Shown here in pieces: positions 31,868-43,822 of a DNA stretch of 64,000 nt (position 1 is its first letter; each line of letters starts with the position of its first letter). The notes beneath the pieces are model-generated. The model was not told the DNA's origin. It saw only the letters and a list, made by a program, of their open reading frames with translations, and did not search any database. Source of the stretch: Cyanobium sp. (lineage in GTDB: Bacteria; Cyanobacteriota; Cyanobacteriia; PCC-6307; Cyanobiaceae); assembly GCA_044351065.1 (NCBI GenBank), contig JBILGK010000017.1, positions 3,003 through 67,002 of the forward strand, given 5' to 3'. The position numbers and the translations under genes are program-made.

Positions 31868-32680
31868 TCAGATCCAGGGGTCGTCCTCTTCCCGACTCCT
31901 CCCCGCGGGGCGATGTTGCCGGGATGGCGGGGGGAGATCCCCTTCCTCCCAGTCGTCCAAGGGATCGAGCTCCTCCCGGGCCAGTCCGTCGGGGGGGGCG
32001 GCCTGCCAGGGGCCGCGGCGGCCCTCCTCGCGCTCCTCCCAGGGGGGCTCCTCCAGCCAGCCCTCCAGACGGTCTTCCAATCGCCCACCCGCGTGCTGCA
32101 GCTGATCCCGCAGCCGGGTGGTCTCCTCCCCCACCTGCTCGCGCCAGCGTCGGGAACGGCGCAGGATCTCCTGGCGCACACTGGCGCGGGCGAGGGGCAG
32201 GTCGTCGAGACCCTCCAAGGCCGTCATCACCCGGCCGGGCTGCTGGTCGACGATGCGATCGGGGCTGAGGCGCCAGCGGCTGCCGCCGGGAAGGCGTGGA
32301 TCGCTGCGGGAGACGAGGTAGTGCAGGATGCGACCCGTGCGGAGCTCCACGGCCGAATCGGCCACGCAGCCGAGGGGGCGACCGCCGCGGCCCGTCAGGG
32401 CCGCCTCCATCAAGGTGGGCAGACGCCCCACCGTGTTCGCGTCGGTCTCGGCGGGCTCACCGATGACGAACAGTTCCTGCTCCTCAAGCCCCCGCAGCTG
32501 ATCCAGCCGCCAGACCAGGCGGCGCTGGGAGAGGGCGGAGGGGCGACTGATCCAACCCAGCAGACGGTGCACCGGCGGATGCATCCAGCCAGCCACGCCC
32601 GCACCATGATCCAGACCCTGCTCACAGCGCACGCGCCTTCGAAGCAGGTCGCTCAGCAGCAGCTGCTCGGGAAGGGCCAA
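31868..32680 (-). CDS. PRC-barrel domain protein with acidic/Arg-rich C-terminus
   Basis: ORF 31868..32773 overlaps dnaN, so the real start must lie below 32685. A TTG at 32680 is the first candidate, giving (M)[16 protein letters not shown], a typical PRC-barrel opening. A second barrel-like unit follows ([29 protein letters not shown]). Start uncertain. Confidence 0.6.
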   Translation of the reverse strand: MALPEQLLLSDLLRRRVRCEQGLDHGAGVAGWMHPPVHRLLGWISRPSALSQRRLVWRLDQLRGLEEQELFVIGEPAETDANTVGRLPTLMEAALTGRGGRPLGCVADSAVELRTGRILHYLVSRSDPRLPGGSRWRLSPDRIVDQQPGRVMTALEGLDDLPLARASVRQEILRRSRRWREQVGEETTRLRDQLQHAGGRLEDRLEGWLEEPPWEEREEGRRGPWQAAPPDGLAREELDPLDDWEEGDLPPPSRQHRPAGRSREEDDPWI

Positions 32681-32684
32681 ACGC

Positions 32685-33836
32685 TCAGGAGCGAATCTGG
32701 ACCGGCATGACCAGATAGGTGAAGGCCCCATCCTCGCCGAGGGGCACCAGAACCGCCGGGGTGGTGGGCCCATTGCAGCGCAATTCCACCTGCTCGGAGG
32801 CCATAGCCTTGAGGCCGTCGAGCAGATAACGCACGTTGAAGGCGATCTCGATCGCCTCCCCCTCCACCGTGGCCGCCAGGCCTTCGGAGCCGCTGCCCAC
32901 GTCCTGGGCGTCAGCGCGCAGCACGACCCGGCCGGCGAGCGGATCGCTGCTGATCTTCACCACGTTGTTGTGCTGATCGGCCAGCACGGCTACCCGCTCG
33001 AGCGCGGCGACAAAGGCGCGTCGGTTGAGGCCGAGGCGACGGCCGAAGTCCTGGGGGATGAGTTGGCCGTAGTTGGGGTAGGTGCCATCAAGGCTGCGGG
33101 TGGTGAGCACCTGATCGGCCCAGAGCACCACCACCTGACCGCGCTCGCAGAACAAGCTCAGGGGCTCCCGGGAAGGGCGGCCGGAGAGCAGCCGCTCCAG
33201 CTCCCGCAGGGAGCGGGCCGGAACGGTGACGGCGAACGGCTCACCAGCGGCCTCCTCCGCGCTGTCTTCCACGGCGTGGGGGAGCTGCTGCACCGCCAGC
33301 CGGTGGCCGTCGGTGGCGGCGCACTCCAGTCGTTCGGCTTCCAGCTGCAGGTGCACGCCCGTGAGGATCTGCTTGGCCTCGTCGCCGCTGCTGGCGAACA
33401 GGGTGGCGCGCAGACCGCGCACCAGGGCCTCGGCGTCGAGACGGATCGGGCTGCCACTCTGCGCCAGAGGCAGTTCGGGGAAGTCTTCGGCGGGCATGCC
33501 CCGCATCTGGTAGCTGCCTGACAGGCTGCTGATCTCCACCTGCTCGGTGCCCTCCTGGCAGAGAAGGGTGATCGGGCTGTCGGCGGGAAGGCGGCTGACG
33601 ATCTCGCTGAACAGGCGGGCCGGGAGGGTGATGGCCCCGCTGGCCTCCACGGAGGCGGGCAGGCTGGTCTGGATGCCGAGGCTGAGGTCGTAGCCGGTCA
33701 GGCTCAGCCGGCCGGTGGCGGCGTCGGCGGTGAGCAGCACGTTGGCCAGAACCGGATGGGTGGGCCGACCCGCCACAGCACGGCTCACCAATTGGAGGCT
33801 GGCGTTGAGTTCAGCCTGGGAGCAGACCAGCTTCAT
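32685..33836 (-). CDS. dnaN: DNA polymerase III beta sliding clamp
   Basis: 383 aa starting MKLVCSQAELNASLQLVSRAV, with three clamp domains and C-terminal YLVMPVQIR. Confidence 0.95.
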   Translation of the reverse strand: MKLVCSQAELNASLQLVSRAVAGRPTHPVLANVLLTADAATGRLSLTGYDLSLGIQTSLPASVEASGAITLPARLFSEIVSRLPADSPITLLCQEGTEQVEISSLSGSYQMRGMPAEDFPELPLAQSGSPIRLDAEALVRGLRATLFASSGDEAKQILTGVHLQLEAERLECAATDGHRLAVQQLPHAVEDSAEEAAGEPFAVTVPARSLRELERLLSGRPSREPLSLFCERGQVVVLWADQVLTTRSLDGTYPNYGQLIPQDFGRRLGLNRRAFVAALERVAVLADQHNNVVKISSDPLAGRVVLRADAQDVGSGSEGLAATVEGEAIEIAFNVRYLLDGLKAMASEQVELRCNGPTTPAVLVPLGEDGAFTYLVMPVQIRS

Positions 33837-34234
33837 GGGGGGCGGACCTCAGCGGTGCGGAATGGCAGACAGGCGGGCCCACGGTTTCACACGGTGGGCA
33901 AAAGCGCAACGGGCCCCCGGGCAGGCAATGAACACGTTCTACCGGTTCTCAGAAGAAGAAGGTTTTTCTTTTAAGAAGAGAACAGCCTCGTCGTAGCAGG
34001 GGCGGGGGAAAACGGGAAAAAGCGATCAGATCTCCAGGCAGACCGGGCTTCTCAGACCCCGGGTGCTGGGGAACCCCGCCGCGAATCGCAGCCGCTTCCC
34101 TGCTTTTCCACCCATTCCCGCCCATGGGGAAAACCCCCGTCGCGCCAGGCGCCGATCCTTCCCCGCCGCTCCCCCCGTTCCGCCGCCGCTTTCCTCAGCT
34201 TTTCCAGGGTCCGATCCGTCGGCTGGTACCGCCG
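33837..34234. other. candidate chromosomal replication origin (oriC): DnaA-box-like cluster plus AT-rich patch
   Basis: Largest non-coding gap in the window, directly upstream of dnaN. TTTTCC-core 9-mers occur in both orientations at 34005-34013 and 34126-34134 (identical GGGGAAAAC), 34014-34022 (GGGAAAAAG), 34104-34112 (TTTTCCACC) and 34200-34208 (TTTTCCAGG). A ~38-bp patch of about one-third GC lies at 33947-33984 (tctcagaagaagaaggtttttcttttaagaagagaaca). Confidence 0.55.
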
Positions 34235-35293
34235 TCAGAAGCCCATCACCCGGGCCACGGTGTCGGTGTCGGGCTCGAGGCCGGTGTGGAAGCGCGAGTC
34301 GTTGTTTTCGATCGCTGTGTCTGGATCCTTCAGCCCGTTCCCCGTAAGCACGCAGACCACCGTCGCCCCGGTGGGAACCTCCTCGCGGCGCTTGAGCAGG
34401 CCTGCCACGGAGGCGGCGCTGGCGGGCTCGCAGAACACCCCCTCGCCGCTGCCCAGCAGCTTGTAGGCCTCGAGGATCTCCGCGTCGGTGACGGCCATGA
34501 AATCACCGTTGCTCTCTCTCTGCGCCCGCAGAGCGTTGTCGCGGTTCACGGGATTGCCGATGCGGATCGCGGTGGCGATCGTGTCCGGTTGCTCCACGGG
34601 GTGGCCCAGCACCATCGGTGCGGCCCCGGCGGCCTGGAAGCCCATCATCCGCGGCAGGCGCGCGCAATGGCCCGCCGCCTTGTACTCCTGGAAGCCCATC
34701 CAGTAGGCGCTGATGTTGCCGGCGTTGCCCACTGGAATGCACAACCAGTGCGGCGCGTTGCCGAGCGCGTCGACCACCTCGAAGGCGGCCGTCTTCTGCC
34801 CCTGCAGTCGGTAAGGGTTGAGCGAATTCACCAGCGTGACGGGATAACGCTCCGCCACCTCCCGCACGATCGCCAAGGCCCGGTCGAAGTTGCCCTTCAC
34901 CGCCAGTACCTCCGCGCCGTAGAGCAAGGCCTGGGCCAACTTTCCCTGGGCCACGTACCCGTCGGGGATCAGCACGAAGGCGCGCATGCCGCCGCGCCGT
35001 GCGTAGGCCGCGGCGGCGGCGGAGGTGTTGCCGGTACTGGCGCAGATCACGGCCTCGGAGCCCTCCTCCCGCGCCTTGCTGATCGCCATGGTCATGCCCC
35101 GATCCTTGAAGGAACCGGTGGGATTGAGGCCGTCGTACTTGAGAAAGACCTTCACAGCGCGCCCGATGCGCTCCGCGATCACCGGCGCCGGGATCAAAGG
35201 GGTGGCCCCTTCCCGCAGAGTGATCACCGGTGTCGCCGCACTCACCGGCAACCAGGAACGGTAGGCCTCGATCAGGCCTGGCCAGTCCTGCAT
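34235..35293 (-). CDS. thrC: threonine synthase
   Basis: Start at [12 protein letters not shown] (CAT 35291-35293) within ORF 34235..35335. PLP lysine motif [11 protein letters not shown] and GNAGN are present. Confidence 0.92.
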   Translation of the reverse strand: MQDWPGLIEAYRSWLPVSAATPVITLREGATPLIPAPVIAERIGRAVKVFLKYDGLNPTGSFKDRGMTMAISKAREEGSEAVICASTGNTSAAAAAYARRGGMRAFVLIPDGYVAQGKLAQALLYGAEVLAVKGNFDRALAIVREVAERYPVTLVNSLNPYRLQGQKTAAFEVVDALGNAPHWLCIPVGNAGNISAYWMGFQEYKAAGHCARLPRMMGFQAAGAAPMVLGHPVEQPDTIATAIRIGNPVNRDNALRAQRESNGDFMAVTDAEILEAYKLLGSGEGVFCEPASAASVAGLLKRREEVPTGATVVCVLTGNGLKDPDTAIENNDSRFHTGLEPDTDTVARVMGF

Positions 35294-35382
35294 CGTGGCT
35301 CGCGGGCCCCCGAGACGCCGCAGGACTTGGAGCACGGGAAGGCAAGCAGGGACGCGTCAGATGAATGTACGCCTCGGCTGGA

Positions 35383-36024
35383 TCAGCGGCTGCCGGCGCC
35401 GACGTCCTTCGGTGGGGCGGTGCTGTCTTTCGGCAGGGGGGCGGCTTGACCATCGCTGCCCGGCTCACGGCTGCTCAGGTCGAGCGGTGACTCGGAGAAG
35501 AAGCGCACGAGGTCGGCGACGGAACTCGCTTTCTGCATCAGCGCCAGCAGGGCCGGCAGGCTCACCGCCAGCTCCTGGCTCGGGTAGGACTGCAGGAAGG
35601 AGAGAGGTGAAAGGGAGCCGTTGTTGTCGGCGATCCCCAGCACAACGGCCGAGCGCAGGGCCGGCAGACCCACCTGGCGAGCGTTGAGCGGGAAGACAAT
35701 GCTGCTCAGCCGCTCGAGAATCCGCTCCCCGATGCTGGTGTTCAGCAGGCGGCTCACCGTGACCACCGGCAAGCTCAACGACGCCTTCAGCAGCTTCGCC
35801 ACTTCAGAGGGATTCTGTCCGCTGAAGCGCATCACGTCGCCCAGCAGGCCCCGAGCCTGGCCGGTGGCGGCCAGGTGTTCGAGATCCGCCACCGGAATCG
35901 AACGCCGGAAAGCGCCGCTGACGAAAACGATGTTCTCCGCTGCCAGGGCAGCTGGAGTGCTGGCGACCAGGCTCAGCCCCAGGGCCGCGGCTAGGAAACG
36001 TCGCTGGATGCGCAGGGAGATCAC
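35383..36024 (-). CDS. secreted DUF1400-like protein
   Basis: 213 aa with signal peptide MISLRIQRRFLAAALGLSLVASTPAALAA. The body resembles the N-terminal domain of the hydrolase at 43940..45466 (FxxSIPVADLEHLAATG... / LxxLLxALP...). Confidence 0.62.
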   Translation of the reverse strand: MISLRIQRRFLAAALGLSLVASTPAALAAENIVFVSGAFRRSIPVADLEHLAATGQARGLLGDVMRFSGQNPSEVAKLLKASLSLPVVTVSRLLNTSIGERILERLSSIVFPLNARQVGLPALRSAVVLGIADNNGSLSPLSFLQSYPSQELAVSLPALLALMQKASSVADLVRFFSESPLDLSSREPGSDGQAAPLPKDSTAPPKDVGAGSR

Positions 36025-36057
36025 CGGGGCGGGCCGTTGAAAAGAGGATGGTTCAAT

Positions 36058-38094
36058 CTAGGCAGAGGCGCGAAGGCCCGAGGGCACCAATACGTCCCGT
36101 ACAAGGCGTACCACGCCCCGTTCCGCCAGGCCCCGCGCCACATCCAGACCCATCCGCCGCAGGTCGGGTTCCCGCAGCACCCGGGGCAGGCGGCGCAGCA
36201 GCAGTTGGGGCTCGAAGCCCGGCAGGTCGGCCAGGATTCCCACCAACTGGCGGATGGGTTCCAGATCGAGCAGCGGTCCCACCGCCACCATCGCCCCCTC
36301 CGGCTCGCTGCGTCGCCGCAGGCCGGGGGGCAGCAGCGGAAGGGGCAGTCGACGGCCCAAACGCAAGGTGGTGCGCCAGGCCAATTCGTCCATTCGGGCG
36401 ACCACCGCCTCCACCAACTGCTTACGCAGCATTCCGCCGGTGGGGGAGAAGAGGAAATCCAGAACCTGGTCGAGCAGTCCCTCCAGATCGAGCTGGTCCT
36501 GCAGGGAGGCGCTGGCCACCAGGTTCTCCAGTCGCTGCCAGCGGAATTCATCGCCATCGAAGAGCATCTCCCGCAGGCTGCGACGCAGGTCGGGATCCGG
36601 GTCTTCCATCAGCCGCCGCGCGAAGTAGGGGTAGGCAGCACCGAGGATTTTGAAGTTGGGATCCACGCTGAGAGCGATGCCTTCCAGGGTGACCAATGAG
36701 CGGATGATCAGGGCGTAGTAGGGAGGAACCCGGAAGGGGAAGCGATACATCACGCCGCTCAGATCGTCGGTTACGGCCTTGAAATCCATGCGGCTGACAC
36801 CCATCTCCAAGGCCTGGCCGAAGACCGTCTCGAACGCGGGCACAATCGGCTCTAGATTCACCTCTTCGCTCAGAAAACCAAGCGAGACAAAATCTTTGGA
36901 GAGGGCCGAAAAATTGCGGTTCACGAGGTGAACCACCGCTTGAATCAGTCCGGTGCGGGCTTCGCGACTCACTTCACTCATCATGCCGAAGTCGAGATAG
37001 GCAAGCCTGCCGTCGGCGAGGGCAAGCAGATTGCCTGGATGGGGATCGGCGTGGAAGAAACCGTGCTCCAGCAATTGCTGCAGACTGCAGTTGACGCCCA
37101 CCTGAACCATGTCATCAGGGTCGATACCGATCGCCCGCACAGCATCTAGATTGGTGAGTTTGGTGCCGTCGATCCACTCCATCGTGAGTACGCGCCGGCT
37201 GGTGGCCTGCCAGTGGATGGCTGGAACTGCGATGCGCGGATTATGGGCATGCAGCTTGCGGAATTTATCAGCATTCTCGCCTTCATTGATATAGTCCATC
37301 TCTTCAAATACTCGCCTGCCAAGTTCGTCGATCAACGCCACAAGGTCGGAGCGGATCAGGCGTACGTTGCGATTCAGCCAGGCGGCGATGTTGCGCACGA
37401 TGTAGAGATCGAGCGTGATCTGCTCACGCAGGCCTGGCCGCTGCACCTTCACCGCCACCCGCAGGCCGCCTTTCAGCACCCCCTTGTGCACCTGCCCCAG
37501 GGAGGCGGCGGAGATCGGTTCGCGGTCGAGCTGGTCGTAGACCGCCTCGATCGGTTGGCCCAGGTCTTCGACGATGCAGGCCATCGCCAGGCGGCTGTCG
37601 AAGCCCGGCAGCTGGTCCTGCAGCTGGGCCAGCTCGTCGAGCAGCACCGGTGGCACGATGTCGGGCCGGGTGGAGAGCGCCTGCCCCGCCTTGATGAAGG
37701 CGGGGCCGAGGGCCGCCAGAAGCTCGGCGCATTCGCGGGCGCGGGCGCGGGCCCGATCCGGGTTGGCGAGGGCGCCGCTGAAGCGATCGGTGGCCACCGC
37801 GATCAGATAGAGACCGATCGGCACCAGGGTCTGCCAGAGACGGCGCAGCAGGCGGCGGGGATGGCCCGCATAGATGCGGGTGATCGCCGCCGGGTCGTAG
37901 GCCATCAGGCCTGCGGCTTCCAGGAAATCGCCGAGCTCTTCAGGATCGCCGCCAGGGGTGGCGTTCACCGGCGCCGCCGGATCACTCGGTGCCTGGATGC
38001 TGGGCTCCAGCGGCGGCGGATCAGCCATCGGATCGGCCCCGAACACGGCGGCCCGCATGGCGGCCAGGGCGGCATCGGCTGCAGTGCGAGGCAT
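36058..38094 (-). CDS. ABC1/UbiB-family atypical kinase
   Basis: Start at MPRTAADA (CAT 38092-38094) within ORF 36058..38181. Contains LGPAFIKAGQALSTRPD, PISAASLGQVHKG, FHADPHPGNL and YLDFGMM. Confidence 0.87.
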   Translation of the reverse strand: MPRTAADAALAAMRAAVFGADPMADPPPLEPSIQAPSDPAAPVNATPGGDPEELGDFLEAAGLMAYDPAAITRIYAGHPRRLLRRLWQTLVPIGLYLIAVATDRFSGALANPDRARARARECAELLAALGPAFIKAGQALSTRPDIVPPVLLDELAQLQDQLPGFDSRLAMACIVEDLGQPIEAVYDQLDREPISAASLGQVHKGVLKGGLRVAVKVQRPGLREQITLDLYIVRNIAAWLNRNVRLIRSDLVALIDELGRRVFEEMDYINEGENADKFRKLHAHNPRIAVPAIHWQATSRRVLTMEWIDGTKLTNLDAVRAIGIDPDDMVQVGVNCSLQQLLEHGFFHADPHPGNLLALADGRLAYLDFGMMSEVSREARTGLIQAVVHLVNRNFSALSKDFVSLGFLSEEVNLEPIVPAFETVFGQALEMGVSRMDFKAVTDDLSGVMYRFPFRVPPYYALIIRSLVTLEGIALSVDPNFKILGAAYPYFARRLMEDPDPDLRRSLREMLFDGDEFRWQRLENLVASASLQDQLDLEGLLDQVLDFLFSPTGGMLRKQLVEAVVARMDELAWRTTLRLGRRLPLPLLPPGLRRRSEPEGAMVAVGPLLDLEPIRQLVGILADLPGFEPQLLLRRLPRVLREPDLRRMGLDVARGLAERGVVRLVRDVLVPSGLRASA

Positions 38095-38209
38095 CGGCGG
38101 TGGCTGCGGCGACCGGGTTGGGTGGCAATTCTCAACCCTGGGCCGCGTGAACGTGGTTGGGGCTGAACGCCAACCCCCCAACCTGGTGGAGCGATAAGAA
38201 CAAACGTAC

Positions 38210-38215
38210 TATAAT
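38210..38215 (+). promoter_or_regulatory. perfect TATAAT hexamer in an AT-rich patch just before ATG 38217
   Basis: gataagaacaaacgtacTATAATcATGg. The -35 region is poor (tggagc at 17-bp spacing). If used, transcription would start downstream of ATG 38217, making ATG 38241 the effective start. Confidence 0.25.
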
Positions 38216-38216
38216 C

Positions 38217-38933
38217 ATGGATTGCCTCACCGCCTCCGCCATGCCCGGCGATCCCCTCGCGGCCGCATCCGGTCCAACCGGGCCAGAATCGAAACCATCC
38301 CCAGCCGCCTCTCCACTTCCACCGCCACCATCTCCTCCTCCTGCGCCAGCCGCCCCGTCCCCACGCCAGCATCAGATTCTCGATCGCCAGGGCCTGCTGG
38401 AGGCCACAGCCGGCACCGTGATCGCCCTGATCGCTCTGTTTTCCTCCTATGACCACATCACCCTCGCCGATCACACCATCCCCCTCCAGCAGCAATGGGG
38501 CGTGTGGTTCATCGCTGCCTCGCTGGCGCTTGTTTTTATCGATGCTCAATTGGCGACGCGATCCCGATCACGAGAGCAAGCTCGCCTTGATCGAGAGGAG
38601 CATCGCCATCACCGAGAGGAGCATCGCCGCCAGCGAGAGGAGGATTCAAGAGAGCGAGAAGCGCACGAAGCAAATCGAGAGCGAAACCGAGCAGCTGAGG
38701 AAAGAATCCGAGCATCTGAGGAACGAAACCGAGCTGATCAGGAACGAAGCCGAGCAGATCGAGAAAGAAACCGAGCTTCTGAGGCAGCAGAACGCCAGAG
38801 GCAGGCAACTGCTCGCCTCCATGCATGCGCTCTGTTTGGCGGACGATTCCAGCTCAACCCCAGCCCCGCCAACGCCACCCGTTACCACGCCTTCCTTGCC
38901 TTGATGGCGGATGTCGCTGATGCCGAGGGCTGA
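38217..38933 (+). CDS. hypothetical membrane-anchored heptad-repeat protein; reading frame apparently discontinuous (see findings)
   Basis: ATG 38217 lies in the frame of ORF 38157..38933. The N-terminal part is Pro-rich with two hydrophobic helices. The central 38540-38845 segment has a coding signal (G/C third positions, clean heptads) in the +1 frame of ORF 38449..38904 instead. Confidence 0.5.
   Translation: MDCLTASAMPGDPLAAASGPTGPESKPSPAASPLPPPPSPPPAPAAPSPRQHQILDRQGLLEATAGTVIALIALFSSYDHITLADHTIPLQQQWGVWFIAASLALVFIDAQLATRSRSREQARLDREEHRHHREEHRRQREEDSREREAHEANRERNRAAEERIRASEERNRADQERSRADRERNRASEAAERQRQATARLHACALFGGRFQLNPSPANATRYHAFLALMADVADAEG
38683..38787 (+). repeat. five tandem 21-bp repeats (heptad-encoding)
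   Basis: GAAACCGAGCAGCTGAGGAAA / GAATCCGAGCATCTGAGGAAC / GAAACCGAGCTGATCAGGAAC / GAAGCCGAGCAGATCGAGAAA / GAAACCGAGCTTCTGAGGCAG. More degenerate 21-nt periodicity extends back to ~38590. Confidence 0.9.
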
Positions 38934-39032
38934 TCCCGCCCTCCCGCCGCGGAGCCTCCCGCCGTTGGCGGTTCCGCGACTGGGCATCTGATTCCGCCGA
39001 CGCTACGGTCGGGGTCGCCAGCGGCGGCCGCC

Positions 39033-40748
39033 GTGCTCACGGGTCTGCGTCTCGAGAACATCGCCCTGATCGAGCGGCTCGAGCTCGTCTTCGAGCCCGG
39101 TTTCACGGTGCTCACCGGCGAAACCGGCGCCGGTAAATCCATCCTGCTCGACGCCCTCGACGCCCTGCTCGGCGGCGCCCAGGGCAGCCAGGGGGCCCGC
39201 CTGCTGCGTCGCGGCAGCGCGCGCGGCCGGATCGAGGCCAGCTTCTCCCTCACCCCGCCCCTGCGTGAGTGGCTGGCGGCGCAGCAGCTGGAGGCCGAGG
39301 ACGACGAGCTCCTGCTCAGCCGTGACTGGCGCCTGCAGGAGGAGCGGCTCAGCAGCCGCCACCGCCTCAGCGGCGTGGCGATCAGCCGCGCCCAGGTTCT
39401 GGAGCTCCGCCCCCTGCTGCTCGATCTCACCATCCAGGGGCAGACCCAGCAGCTGGCCCGCCCGGGGCAGCAGCGGCGCTGGCTCGACCGCTTCGCCGGC
39501 GAAGCGGTGCTGGTCGAGCTGGAGGCGGTGCGTGGCGCCTTCCGCCATTGGCGCGCGGCAGAACGGGCGCTCGAGCTGGCGGAGGCCGACCGGGAGCGTC
39601 TGGAGCGCCAGCGCCGCCAGGAGGAGCAGCTGCTCGAAGATCTGGAGGCCGCCGCTCTCGACGACCCCGACGAGCGCCAGCGGTTGCAGGCCGAGCAGGA
39701 CCGCCTGGCCCATGGCGTGCGCCTCCAGGAGGGGGTCGCGGTGTTGCTTGGTCGATTGCTGGAGGGGGCGGAGGCGGCTCCCGCCGCCCTCGACCATCTG
39801 GCGGCCTGCGAGCAGGAGCTGCTGCAGATGGCTTCCATCGATCCCGCCGCGGTGCCCCTGCAGGAGGCCTGCACCGGCGCCCTGCTGGGCCTCCAGCAAC
39901 TCAGCCGCGACCTGGATCGTTACGGCACCAGCCTGGAGAGCGAACCCGGCCGGCTGGCGGAGCTGCAGGAGCGCATCGCCGAACTGCGCGCCCTGGAGCG
40001 CCGCCATGGCCTTGATCTGGCGGAGCTGATCGCCCTGCGCGATCGCCTGCGGCAGCAGCTGGCCCCCGGCGGGGCCGAGGCGGCCCTCGCAGCCCTGCGG
40101 GAGGCGGAGGCGCACACTCGGGCTGAGCGCGATCGACGCAATCAGGTCCTCAGCGCCCTTCGTGCCACGGCCGCCCGGGCGCTGGAGGAGCAGCTCCTGG
40201 CGGCCCTGCGGCCGATGGGCCTGGCCAATGTGCGCTTCGCCGTCGCCCTCGATCCCGCCGATCCCGGCGAGGAGGGGGCCGACGCCGTGCAGTTCCGTTT
40301 CAGCGCCAACCCGGGGCAGCCCCTGGCGCCCCTGGCGGAGGTTGCCTCGGGCGGCGAGATGAGTCGCTTCCTGCTCGCCCTCAAAACCTCTCTGGCGGCA
40401 GCCGATCCCCACGTCACCCTGCTGTTCGACGAGATCGACACCGGTGTCAGCGGGCGGGTGAGCGGTGCCATGGCGGAGCTGTTGCAGCGCTTGGGGGCCA
40501 GCCGCCAGGTGTTCTGCGTCACCCACCAGCCCCTGGTGGCCGCCGCCGCCGACCACCACTTCCGCGTCGCCAAGGTGGTGGAGGACGGTCTCACCCACAC
40601 GCGAGTGTCCCGACTCCAGGACACTCATGAACGCCAGGCGGAGCTGGCCGAGCTGGCCGGGGGCGATCTGGGCGAGGCCCGCAGTTTTGCCGCCAGCCTG
40701 CTGGATCGCCGCGATCCCCCCTCCCCCGGCCGGCCTCGGGCGGCCTGA
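39033..40748 (+). CDS. recN: DNA repair protein RecN
   Basis: 571 aa with a GTG start. Contains LRLENIALIERLEL, Walker A GETGAGKS, a long coiled-coil middle and C-terminal SGGEMSRFLLAL / LLFDEIDTGVSG. Confidence 0.92.
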   Translation: MLTGLRLENIALIERLELVFEPGFTVLTGETGAGKSILLDALDALLGGAQGSQGARLLRRGSARGRIEASFSLTPPLREWLAAQQLEAEDDELLLSRDWRLQEERLSSRHRLSGVAISRAQVLELRPLLLDLTIQGQTQQLARPGQQRRWLDRFAGEAVLVELEAVRGAFRHWRAAERALELAEADRERLERQRRQEEQLLEDLEAAALDDPDERQRLQAEQDRLAHGVRLQEGVAVLLGRLLEGAEAAPAALDHLAACEQELLQMASIDPAAVPLQEACTGALLGLQQLSRDLDRYGTSLESEPGRLAELQERIAELRALERRHGLDLAELIALRDRLRQQLAPGGAEAALAALREAEAHTRAERDRRNQVLSALRATAARALEEQLLAALRPMGLANVRFAVALDPADPGEEGADAVQFRFSANPGQPLAPLAEVASGGEMSRFLLALKTSLAAADPHVTLLFDEIDTGVSGRVSGAMAELLQRLGASRQVFCVTHQPLVAAAADHHFRVAKVVEDGLTHTRVSRLQDTHERQAELAELAGGDLGEARSFAASLLDRRDPPSPGRPRAA

Positions 40749-40798
40749 ACCGCACCGCAGAGTTCGCCCATAGAATCAACGGCTGTCGAAGGCTCTCC

Positions 40799-43813
<3,015 letters not shown>

Positions 43814-43822
43814 ACCCCCAAC

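Noticed and set aside
38157-38216. Upstream extension MGLNANPPTWWSDKNKRTII of the 38.2-kb gene (track start 38157)
   Set aside because: The extension runs through the AT-rich TATAAT-containing putative promoter patch and starts at a non-ATG codon. ATG 38217 or 38241 is more plausible.
38683-38787. CRISPR-like regular repeats
   Set aside because: The units are contiguous 21-mers with no spacers, no cas genes are nearby, and the period is a multiple of three, matching heptads. This is a coding tandem repeat and not a CRISPR array. I saw no other repeat-spacer structure in the window.
38540-38845. Reading the repeat region as an Arg/Glu-rich (ER/K-like single alpha-helix) protein in the frame of ORF 38157
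   Set aside because: That frame relies on A/T-ending and rare codons (CGA many times, GCA, GCT, GAT, TCA), unlike every confident gene in the window, while the +1 frame has host-like G/C-ending codons and regular a/d hydrophobic heptads. It is kept as an alternative in the finding but is not preferred.
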